Assembly: GCF_000315625.1 (NCBI RefSeq)
Contig: NW_005434575.1
Span: forward strand, 148,268 to 212,267
DNA: 64,000 bases
Direction of reading: 5' to 3'
From: Guillardia theta CCMP2712
Lineage: Eukaryota; Protista; Cryptophyta
This document shows, piece after piece, positions 53,781 through 64,000 of the stretch. Each line of letters starts with the position of its first letter. The first letter of the stretch is position 1. The notes beneath the pieces are model-generated. The model did not search any database. It saw only the letters and a program-made list of their open reading frames with translations, and was not told where the DNA came from. Position numbers and translations under genes: made by a program.

Positions 53781-55416
53781 TTTGCCTACCGGAACGTGCA
53801 CAACATTCCGTGGAGTCGCTGGCTCGATTTGAATATCTACCATTGAACGAGTCAGAGGTTCATGTGGCATCACTGTGCAACAATACTGCTAGCTGTCTTG
53901 TTCTTCGTCCAGCTCGATCGATTGTAATTAGAGCCAGCTTGCATGCCTGCAAAACTTTTCCTGCTTGACAAACAGGAACCAAAAGCTTCATCATTTTCTT
54001 CCTCGTTACACATGCACACCCCTGAGCAACGGGCGAATCACCCAAACAAGCGCAAGGTGGGAAAGTTCACTTTACCCCAATTCGGCTCGCTGCTTTGGAT
54101 CGCCCCCATCTGACCGATTGAACTGTCGTCAACGCTTACAAGGACCTCTGTTCTCACTCGCAGTCGTGTCCGAGCTGCTGCTTCGTCAATCAAGCCCTGG
54201 ACTTGAAAGACTTCTGGCGCTCCATGACATGCTAGAGATGTGTTGCTCTCTGGTGTATAAGGCTACGAGCTTCCAAAGAGTCCCAAGGGTTCACCTTCAA
54301 CTTTTTGAAACTTCACTGTTTGCTTAACTCAGCTTGGAGATCGCAGAAGAGAAGTCCCATGCAGCGCAATCACTATCTCTGATCGCCTCTCATCGCCTAC
54401 TGCTTCTTGTCAGACGCATTCTTCTGCATGGTCCTGACGGTTGCCCCAGCCCCACTCCGCCGGCTGCTCATGTCGCCTGTGGATGTTTCCCGCCCACCCC
54501 TGGTTCAACCACCTACCCCCCCCCCCCACTCAGCCATTACCATGTCACCCCATCTTTTCCCCACAACATATAATTGAACCCCCCACCCTCAAAGTGACTT
54601 GGTTGACCGAGTACCCCACCCTTTACATCCACCCAGCAGCATCCGGTGCTCCTTTACACCCCTTTCTTTCTCTCGGCCATCAAGAGACCCTATCGACTAC
54701 CCCCTCCCAACCCCACCATAAACACCGAGGGGACCCCGCCCCTGCTCGTCGACGTGTGCCGACAGTAGGGGAGGGTAGTCCCTCGCACCCCCACCCCCCC
54801 AGCCTCCTTGACGGATCGGCGCGATGCTCTATTGTATGTCGGACCCCTACCCCCCTAGTCCTGCTAGTAGAGCCGCCCGATCAGCCGGGTTAAAAGCGAC
54901 TGGTAACTTTCACCCGACACCACCCGACTCCTCAGTGCCAGCTCAGTCACTGGCCATCGCGGCCGCCGGGTCGCCCGGCGGGACCCGGAGCCTGAGACCG
55001 CCGAAGCCCCGCCGGCCGGGCGGCAGTAGGCTTGAACTTACTACGGTCCGACCGGCAGCGCCGGGCTGGCCGCCCCCGCCGAGTCGGATACTAGGGCCCG
55101 GCCGTGTGACAGTGGCCCGGGATGGCACCGAGGCGAGTGCAAGATCGTCCGACGGCCAGTGATGCACGATGGTCACTGTTACGGTAGGCTGAGGCGGCGG
55201 GTGATCGGACTCCAAGGCCCGCCGGAAGTCACCGTGTGCTCCAGTGCTGGCCCGGGAACCCGGATTCATGGATCATAGGCGAGTGATTCAACTGGAAACT
55301 TTCAAGCATCCCCCACAGCCTCGCCGGGAGGCCATACTTGTCGGCGGCGGAAGGGGCCGGCTGGCCATGTATATAGTAGTACAGGAATTATCATAGTATT
55401 GCAACCCTGATCGCCT

Positions 55417-57384
55417 CTACATTACAATGCAACGAGAACCCGAAACTTTCGACCCGGGTTTTTTCGTCTTCATGCCCAGGACCGGATAGAACTCAGAATT
55501 CAGAGGCTCCAGCATAGCGTTCCCCGAGCTCATCCAGCCCTGGATCGACGACTTTGAAAAGGCCTTGCGCAATTTCTTCATGGCCTCCCTCATCACATCA
55601 TCGTTCGCAGGAAGCGGCAAGAATATCAGCGCGAACATGTAATCGTCTTCCGGCTTGAATGTCTTGTCAGGGTACAAAAGAGAGTAGAAATGATTCCTCT
55701 TGTAACAGCGTACATCAAAGCTCTCCGAACCCTCAAAGATTGCCGCAAAGTTTTGATTTTGAAGGAACTTTTTGATCTTCTGTTCCAGATCACCTTCGCT
55801 GCATTCCATGCATTCCGTTCGATTGATCTGTTTGTCCATGGGAGCAACCCAGATGATATGCTGAGATTTCTCTTGACTGTGCTTCATTCGCTTGTTTTGC
55901 AAAGGTTTTATCTCAGTTTCTGGCAAAGCAGAACGCAATTTCTGAAACCAGACTCCCATGGCATAGCCAACGAAAATCAGCATGCCTGCAATGTAGATGC
56001 ATATGATTATCAAGATTCCTGGCAACTCAGCATCTGGCTCAACGCTCCACAACGTTGCCACAACATTCTCTATGATTACCAAGATCATATTTCCGAAGCA
56101 GAAGAGGATGTACCAGTCGAGAATCGTCAGGTAGTTGATGGGAGGCAAGGCGCTGGACACCATGTTCTTGTAGGCAACCATAGTGAGTAGCATGACGAGG
56201 GTGACGCTGCAGCGATCTGCCAGTGCCGAAGGTTCGATCGCGAATGCCGCCCAACCGACGGTGGAACAAGTCGTGAGGGGCAGGGCAATATTCATCATCC
56301 ACAGTGTAACTTTCCTTCGCAAGCTGATGGAAACAAGCAGCAATGAATATTGATGACGCGATATGGATTGCTCCTCAGTGGTTGACGACTCCTCAAACAA
56401 CATCTCACTGCCGACCGCATACTCAGCCCTCTGGATGAAGTTGTTGGTCTTCAGGCTCGAAGGATAACGGTTGTTCTTGTTCTTGACAAGCTTTACCTTG
56501 GTTGAATTTGATTGCACGTCGAAGATGTGAATCCTGTACCCTTCAGGCATCATCTCATTCACTTCTCTTTCGATCTTCTCATTCCAATCCTGCAAGTGGG
56601 GAGCTGGACTGGAAACCTCCGGGTTGGGGATGATGATCCTCATGCTGAGAACAGTCGATTGGGAGCCTTTCTCCACCTGCTGCTTGTTGGTGATCAGCAC
56701 ACCAACACACTTCTGTGCGCACTCTATCGCAGTGCGGAGCAGAGAGAAGACGCGATGACAGATATCTTGAATGTTGGTTCCAAGACCATCAGGGAAATCT
56801 ATCCTCACCTTAATGTCCCTGAACATGCAGTCCATCGGCCACAGGCTGTGAAGACGGATAGTCAACAGCTGGTTGTCAAAGGGAAAGTTTGCCAACTCCA
56901 TTTCTTCTTGAAGTGTGCATGTCAATCTCCATCTCATGCTGATGATGATAGGAGATGAAGAATCTCCCGGACTATCATCAAAACAGTGATACCAGATCTC
57001 GCTCTCGTTAATCGCCATGGCGTTGTCGATCACGAGACGTGGAGCAAAAAATGCAGTGTTGGTGTCATCCTCCTTCAAGTACAGCTTGCCTTTCAACTGA
57101 TTGGAATCCTCCGAGACATTGATGTCAAACAGCTCCTTCTTGACCTTTAACTCTTTCATCTTGTAGTCAGCCCATGATGCCTCGATGACCATGCATACGG
57201 TGAAGGATTGGTTCAACAAGGAGACCTCTACAAGCTTCTCGACGACTAGTCGTACCCTTACTTCGTGAATGATATCTTCAGTTGAATTCTTGCTTCGCTT
57301 CTCGTCAACTGGCTGATCTGCAAGCTTTGTCTCGGAGGTAGTTGGGGTGTTCTCGATCATTGAAGAGTCTGATATCTTGTTCAT
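55417..57384 (-). CDS. Pentameric ligand-gated ion channel (Cys-less / Pro-loop type), 655 aa, intronless
   Basis: FFAPRLVIDNA, MELANFPFDNQLL, LRRK..NIALP (M1), LADRCSVTLVMLLTMVAY (M2), LPPINYLTILDWY (M2-M3). Confidence 0.9.
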   Translation of the reverse strand: MNKISDSSMIENTPTTSETKLADQPVDEKRSKNSTEDIIHEVRVRLVVEKLVEVSLLNQSFTVCMVIEASWADYKMKELKVKKELFDINVSEDSNQLKGKLYLKEDDTNTAFFAPRLVIDNAMAINESEIWYHCFDDSPGDSSSPIIISMRWRLTCTLQEEMELANFPFDNQLLTIRLHSLWPMDCMFRDIKVRIDFPDGLGTNIQDICHRVFSLLRTAIECAQKCVGVLITNKQQVEKGSQSTVLSMRIIIPNPEVSSPAPHLQDWNEKIEREVNEMMPEGYRIHIFDVQSNSTKVKLVKNKNNRYPSSLKTNNFIQRAEYAVGSEMLFEESSTTEEQSISRHQYSLLLVSISLRRKVTLWMMNIALPLTTCSTVGWAAFAIEPSALADRCSVTLVMLLTMVAYKNMVSSALPPINYLTILDWYILFCFGNMILVIIENVVATLWSVEPDAELPGILIIICIYIAGMLIFVGYAMGVWFQKLRSALPETEIKPLQNKRMKHSQEKSQHIIWVAPMDKQINRTECMECSEGDLEQKIKKFLQNQNFAAIFEGSESFDVRCYKRNHFYSLLYPDKTFKPEDDYMFALIFLPLPANDDVMREAMKKLRKAFSKSSIQGWMSSGNAMLEPLNSEFYPVLGMKTKKPGSKVSGSRCIVM

Positions 57385-57863
57385 GCCTCCTGGTTTCCTC
57401 TCTCTCCCACTATCCTCTTCCTCCCCTCTATCTCCTGTCTCCCTCTATCCTCTGTCTCCCTCTCTCTGCCCTCACTCGCTCTCTCCCACAAGTCGGACTG
57501 CGACTAGCTACAGTCTCTGTCCATGCATGATGTTCCACCCAGCCGATAAGTTTACTGCGGTTTTTTTTGATGAGTAGTTTATAACGGCTTCGTAACGGTT
57601 GTTATTTCCGGAGACCACCTTCATGGGCGGAGTGGGTGCGAAGTAGAAAGAGGGGAGGGAGGATAACGACCGAGGAGGAGGAGGAGGAGGTTCAAGAGCG
57701 CATCAAGATCTAGAGGTGAGTCAGACCTGCAATGTTGGTCGCTTTCTTACCATTTCATGCTGAAAATTTCTCCAGGTTTGTGCAATTCTTCAAACACAGC
57801 GAGTCCGGACTGAATGGAAATTGATTGATAGGATTGCTTGACTAGTTTCAAACTTCTCTAGTG

Positions 57864-60293
57864 ATGTCTCACAACAAGGCTGTCGTATTAATCACAGGCA
57901 TTGCCCTGACATTTGCAGCGCTCTGTGTCATCTTGGCAGTGAGGGAACCTGGGCCACGTTCGATCACAACATTGATTCGTGGGATCAACCATCTTCCGAA
58001 GAGCGCATTGCCGCCGTCATGGCTCTCAAAAGATGACATCAAGATGTCGCCCATGCTTCATGACAAGTCTGCATCCGTGATTATGACCTTCTCCCGCCAT
58101 CAGCCGAAGAGGTCTGTGCAAGTGAAATCCATAGCTCCACTGTCCAAGGGCTCACAAGAGGAGCTATCGGCAAAGCCGATGAAGGTTGAACAGCACGCTG
58201 TTGTCAAGACTGTTGTCAATGCTTCCAAACATCACGAGAGCACCCCTGCTTCTCATACCTCTCGCAACAGCGTCGAAGCCATGCCAACTAAGTCTGAATG
58301 GAAAAGAATTGTGAAGAATGCTGAGAAAGAGGCAGAGAAGTTGGCCCAGAAGCATCCTCGATCCGTCCTTGGAGCTCACTGGCGAGACAGCGTAACACCC
58401 AAGGAGGACTATCAATCCCAGCTGCGACAGGACAGTGATGACGCAACTCGTGCAAACACCGATGCTCAGAGTGAGTCCCTGGCCTTGGAAGACGCTCACA
58501 TGAAGCACGTCGGTATCTACCAGAAAGCTGCATGTGAGAAGAAGAGCGGCTGTGGTCAGGCACGTGGGGAACCTCACGTGAGGCCTTCTGGTACTGGAGG
58601 GAAGGTACAGTCGTCTTCCAAGAAACTTGCCCCTGCCAGGTACCCCGCCGTGTCTTTCTACGCCCAACTTCGAGAGGAGGATCCGCAATACAGGAAAGAC
58701 GATAGTGGGGCAAAGCAGGGCAATGAAGATGAGGAGGAGCACCGAAAGCGCATGGCTCGTCTACGTCTGGAAACCAAACATTCTTTGCGGAGGTCGGATT
58801 CAAGGAGCGAGGCCCATAAGCCTGAGAGCTTCCAGGACTACATGTTTCGATTGTTCACAGGCAAGTCCAGTTTGTCGAAGGATTTTCACGATCACGCCAG
58901 ATCTTCACAATTGTACAATGTTCCACGGGATGCATACTCTGAGGGTTTGCGACCTGATGGCAGTGAGCATGTCGTCCAGAATGCGCAAGAACGACTTGCA
59001 AGGAAGTGGCTGGACATGATGAGGAACCCTCCTCCCGTGACTAAGAACACTCGCCCCGACATGCTGGATCCCCGATCACTGGTGAGGGATCGTTGACGAC
59101 CTGTCGCGTTAAGATCTTGCCTGCACCTTCGCCCTGACCTTCGATGTTCCACTGCAGGTCCTCCCTCGTTCAGATTTCAAGAAGAAACGAAAGGAGCTGT
59201 TGGATTTCAAGCACGCGATCCAGGCGTATGAGAACGACCCCCAATTCAACCCTGTCATCTTGATGCAGGTAACTTCGCCCTAACTGACGCTCCTCTTCTG
59301 TCTGTGTTGGTTTCACGTGTTTCATGCCAAGTCGACCTCACATGCGTCTGAAGCTGTCCCCTGCAGGCTCACAATCTCGTCAAGTACGGCATTCTCCCTC
59401 CCGAATCCGACAGGCCGAGCGTGTGGCGAGCATGGTACATGGAGATTACCGACAAGTACAGGCTGCTGAGTCAGGAGGTGGCAATGCTCGCGACGCCGCA
59501 TGTCTCTCGGGACATGTGGGATCATGGAGATGCCGGTGACTGGTGTGGGACGGGAGGATGCAGGACACTGCAGAGGAGGGAGAGGGAAGGAACTCGACGC
59601 CACAGACCAGATCAGTTCGCCGCGCACTTGGCGGATGACTACGAGCGGATGCAGGCGGAGGGCGAGAAGGTGCCGCAAGGAGTAGTTGTGTCAGAGGTGA
59701 AGCGGGGGGAGGTGCCGTACAACTTTCCTGAGTCAGAGGAGGAGGCGGCAGGTGAGAACGGTAGGTCGGAGGGGGATGTGGCGAGGGAGTCGGACCATGA
59801 GGAGAGGGAGGGCCCTCGAGGGGAGGATGGCGAGACATGGGACTCCTTCCGGAGATCGTTCGCGGACCAGGAGCCCAACGAGGCGGAGGACGGGGGCATG
59901 AACGTGCATCGCGATGCTTCGGAGGGAAACAGCAGCAAGAGCGACCTGCAGCACAAGGTCGACAAGTTGAGCGAGGAGGTGCAAGACCTGTTGAAGGTCA
60001 TTCACAAGGAGCCGCACGGCGAGCAAGGGGAGGCGAGCAAGGAGGAGGCAAAGGAACGTTCCTCGCAGGCTCGCGTGCGGTTGCAGGAGCAGAGGGGGCT
60101 GTCGTCCCTTGCTGCGAGAGGGAGCGTTAGCGATGCTGTTGCACGAGATCTGCAGCGTCTGCGGGTGGACGAGGAGAAGGTTTCGAGGGACAGGATGCGG
60201 CGGGAGCGCGGGGGGGAGGAGCACGCGGGCCGGCATGTGATGGACTGGTTGAGAGGGGCGTTGAGGGCGGCTGAGGGATACAGATCAAAGTAG
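57864..60293 (+). CDS. Hypothetical type II membrane protein, charged/low complexity, multi-exon
   Basis: N-terminal TM AVVLITGIALTFAALCVILAV; long ORFs 57861 and 59421 bridged by short introns. Confidence 0.6.
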
Positions 60294-60902
60294 AGGAGGA
60301 GGCTTGGTTTTTCACATTATTGTTTGATCCTTGTGAATGAAAATTTCCTTACTGTTGGCACTTGTTGTTATTGTTCCATATCACTCACATGCTGGTGATA
60401 GTGATTCGCAATCTCAGTGGTGAACTGTACTCTTGGCGCAAAGAGGAGGAGGAGGGAACTGTGGAGAGGGAGGGAGAGAGCGTGAGAGGGAGAGGGAGAG
60501 AAGGAATGAGGTGAAGGAGGGAGAGGACGAGGACGAGGACGAGGACGAGGAAGAGGGATGGCTGGTGAGGTGGAGGCTGGCCGAAGCGGGCGGCCGGGGG
60601 TCTGAAGGGAGCAGAGAGGGCGGAGGGGTTGGAAGGGAAAAGACTTGGGGCAGGGGGGCAAAAGGGGAGTGCAGGGAAAAGCAGGGGGTGAGGGGAGGGA
60701 GAGCGGGAGAGCGGGAGAGCGGGAGAGCGGGCGAGCGGGCGAGCGGGCGAGCGGGAGAGCGGGAGAGAGGAGGGAGAAGGAGAGTGGAGGAAGAGGGAGA
60801 GGTGCGTTGGTAGTCGGATTCGAGCAGGAAGGGAGGAGGGAGGAGAGGAGGGAGGAGAGGAGGGAGGAGAGGAGGGTGGAGGGGAAGGCAAGGGCTCAAA
60901 CC

Positions 60903-61526
60903 ATGCCCCACTGGGGAAAGCTGTCCTTCAGCAAGAACGGAGTCCGACCAGTGAACAGNNNNNNNNNNNNNNNNNNNNNNNNNNNNNNNNNNNNNNNNNN
61001 NNNNNNNNNNNNNNNNNNNNNNNNNNNNNNNNNNNNNNNNNNNNNNNNNNNNNNNNNNCCATCACCTCCTTTCCTTCTCTCCCTCCCTCCTCTCCCACCA
61101 TGACGCAAGGAGCAGGCTCCAGCAGACACCTCTGTCTTCCTCACCGTCCGTCCAGCGCTGAAGGAGCGAGGAGACTGTCGAGTCTCTTCATTCGGATACA
61201 TCGGCAGCTACATCAATGTGAGCAACCTTTCGCCCGTGCTCCTTCAGCTGACTGATCTTCCGAAGGAGCTGAAGTCGATCCTCGACTTGTGGAAGCAGAA
61301 GGATGTGGGGGACGTCGTCAGGTCCATCCTCTGCCCCCGCAAGGACTTCCTCGGCGACTACGTCCTCCAGCCCCTCATACCGAAAGTTCCCGTCAACAGC
61401 TGCCAGAAAGTCGTGGTCATGTCGCTCAAACATGCTCTAGAGAAGGTTCAGGGCCCTCCAGGTGCTGCCCAGCTCACATTTCGACATGCTTTCACTCTCC
61501 TTCTACCCTCCTTCTCCCTCTGCTCT

Positions 61527-61598
<72 letters not shown>

Positions 61599-62335
61599 TC
61601 CTGCTCCTGCTCCTGCCCTTGTCGCTTCCCCTTCTCCTACCCATACATTATTTTGTCGCTGCTCGACCGCCCTCATCGTGTTTCCTGCGTCGTCCTTGTA
61701 CTCACAGCTGCTGAGCAGGCACTGGGAAGTCAACGACGATCTTCCACATCATCTCTTCAAGGCTTTCTCCCTCCTCCCGCGTGCTCGTAACGTGCTCCCG
61801 CAACGTCGCCATCGAGTCGCTCGTACAGAAGCTCGAGTCGCACTTCAGCTCTTCCATGCTCGTCTTCGGCAACGTCACGCGCATTGGGGAGACGGCCTGT
61901 AAGTACCTCCTTGATGCCCGAGCCGAGAACGACCCCATCCTCGCCCAGCTAGTGTCCAGCACTGAGACGCTCCGGTACTTCTGCTCTGTGATCCAGACGG
62001 AGTTTGCGGGCAAGGTGGCGATCAGTAGGCGTGCGCCCCTGCGATGGCAGCGAGCGTGGAGGAGGCACATGGAGAGGAGATACGAGAGGGAGCTGCTCTT
62101 CTTCGAGTGGGGCATGCGAATCATGTCGCTGTTCGAGACGTTCCAGTCGCTGAGGGGGAGGGAGAGCAGGAGGGAGCTGCTGCGGTCCAACAGGATCTTC
62201 CTCTGCACCGTTGCCAGCACTGGGTCGATGATCCGGGTGTGGGATGAGTTTGTCAGCGAGGCTCTCGATGTCCACACGGTGAGAATTTGTCTTCCTTCCT
62301 CTTCGTTTGCTCCTGCTCACACTGTCGGCTCATCG

Positions 62336-62366
<31 letters not shown>

Positions 62367-64000
62367 TATTCCCCCCTCCTTCCTCCCGGTTCCCCCTCCC
62401 CTCCTCTTCTCCCGCCGTCTCTGTGTCTTGCTCCAGCTCGCCTCCCAACTGTCACCAGCTGCCTCCTCCTCTTGACCTCCTGCCTCAATCAGGTTATCGT
62501 GGACGAGTGCGGCTGCACCCCTGAGTCCAGCGTCGCCCTCCTGCTTCGTTTCTCCCCCAAGAACCTCATCCTCATTGGCGACCACAAGCAGCTTCCTCCT
62601 ACCTCCATGATCTCTCCGCAGGTGAGGAGGAGGAGGAGGAGGAGGAGGAGCAGGGCAGGCGGCGGGAGGGGGGAAGGGGGGAAGAAGAGGAGGAAGAGGA
62701 GGCCCTCTCCTGCTCTTCCGTGACTTGCAGGAGCAGGAGAGTCACGGTACAGGGCATGTTCGGTCCCTCCTTGAGCGCTGCATCCTCTCCAGTGGCTCCT
62801 ACCACAAGTTGAAGGAACAGGCAAGCGATTTGCCTTTCTTCTCTCCCCATCCACCGTCTCCTTCTTCTGCTACTTCTCCCGCTCCTGCTTCCGCTCCCAT
62901 CACAGATGCTCTCTACTATCTTCCCATCCTCTCTCTTCCTTCGCCCTCCTCTTCTCATCCTTCTACTTGCCGCCTCCTCACCCGTAAGGTTCTTATCGGC
63001 TCCTTCAGTATCGGATGCATGATAAGATCTGCGATGTTGTATCCGAGAGATTTTACAACGGCAGTTTGATCACCAACAAAGAAATCAGCCGCATCAGGAG
63101 GCAGACTTCTGCCCATCCCTTGGTACTTCTTGTTTCTCTTCTGCTCCTGCTGCTGCTTTTCTCTTCCCCTTTTAGCTTTTTCAACCTTGTCCTCCTTCTC
63201 TCCTGCCTTGTCTTCTTCTCCCCTCTTCCCTCCCTCCAACTCTTACCTGGTCGTCTCCTCTGCTCCTCCTCGGTCTCCTCGCTGTTATCCACCCTTCTTA
63301 TCGGACTCAATCTCCTCCTCATCATCGATATCCCTCCCTCTTCCTCCTCTCCGAGCTCATGGGCGCGCAGGTTTGGGTCTCAACCTTTGGAGCAGAGGAT
63401 GTGAGCGAGCGGTCAAAGTCCTACTACAATCAGGAGGAGGTGGACGCCTGCGTCAGGGTTGCCAAGAGCCTGCGAGGAAAGGATCCTTTCTCCTCCATCG
63501 CCATCCTCGCCTTTTACAGGGGGCAGGTGCAGGAGGTGGCGAAGAGGGTCGGGGAGGAGGAGCGAGTGGAGGTGATGACGGTGGACTCGTGTCAAGGGAG
63601 CGAGTTCGAGCATGTAGTCCTGTCCCTCGTCCGATCCAACAGGATGGGCAAGTTGGGGTTCGTGAAGGACAAGCAAAGAATCAATGTCGCCATCTCTCGC
63701 GCCAAGAAGTCGCTGGTCATAGTCGGCAACGAGAGGATGGCATCTTCCGATGAGGACTGGGCTGCCGTGTGCCGAGCTTGCGAATCGCTTCCCCTTGACA
63801 GCTTCGACCTCTCCTCCTTCCCTCCTCCTCCTCCTCCTCTTGTCAAGAAAGACGTCCCCCGTGCCCCCCCGATGGAAGGAGGAGCGCGCTTGCCGGTCTA
63901 CTCGTTGCCGCCACTTCTAGCCGGGGCAGACGAGGAGGAGGAGGAGGAGGAGGAGGAGGAGAACTTGTACGATGCCTACTCAAGGGACAGCAGCAGCAGG
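60903..64000 (+). CDS. SF1 Upf1/DNA2/Nam7-like helicase; 3'-partial, 5' end crosses the gap
   Basis: VQGPPG|TGKS, VTCSRNVAIE, IVDECG, LIGDHKQLPP, QYRMH, FYNGSL, FYRGQV, TVDSCQGSE, SLVRSN, RINVAISRAK. Confidence 0.88.
60959..61058. other. Assembly gap (100 N)
   Basis: Run of N. Confidence 1.

Overview
Eukaryotic, gene-dense nuclear DNA with many short GT-AG introns (about 40-60 nt) and CTCCTG/GAG/GAT microsatellites. The style resembles a cryptophyte alga such as Guillardia theta (inference, not verified). The main find is an AT-rich ~2.85 kb insertion (about 3399-6246) encoding a Fanzor1-type (eukaryotic TnpB/OMEGA) RNA-guided RuvC nuclease. Its third catalytic Asp appears only after splicing a 61-nt intron. 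The element has imperfect terminal inverted repeats, a TTAAC just outside the left end and a densely structured 3' non-coding region (candidate omegaRNA). Host genes include a WD40 protein, a WW-less Pin1 parvulin, an ankyrin-cNMP-LRR protein, a tandem double TTL-domain gene, an EEP/sphingomyelinase-like enzyme, VPS25, an ankyrin protein, a large propeller-methyltransferase-propeller-GT77 fusion, MED16, a micro-exon collagen-like protein, a Cys-less pentameric ligand-gated ion channel and an Upf1-like SF1 helicase. A repeat block at 40.9-45.2 kb reveals a recurring 'XYZ-CG-XYZ' micro-insertion signature. Two 100-N assembly gaps lie at 4253-4352 and 60959-61058. Exon boundaries were read by eye.
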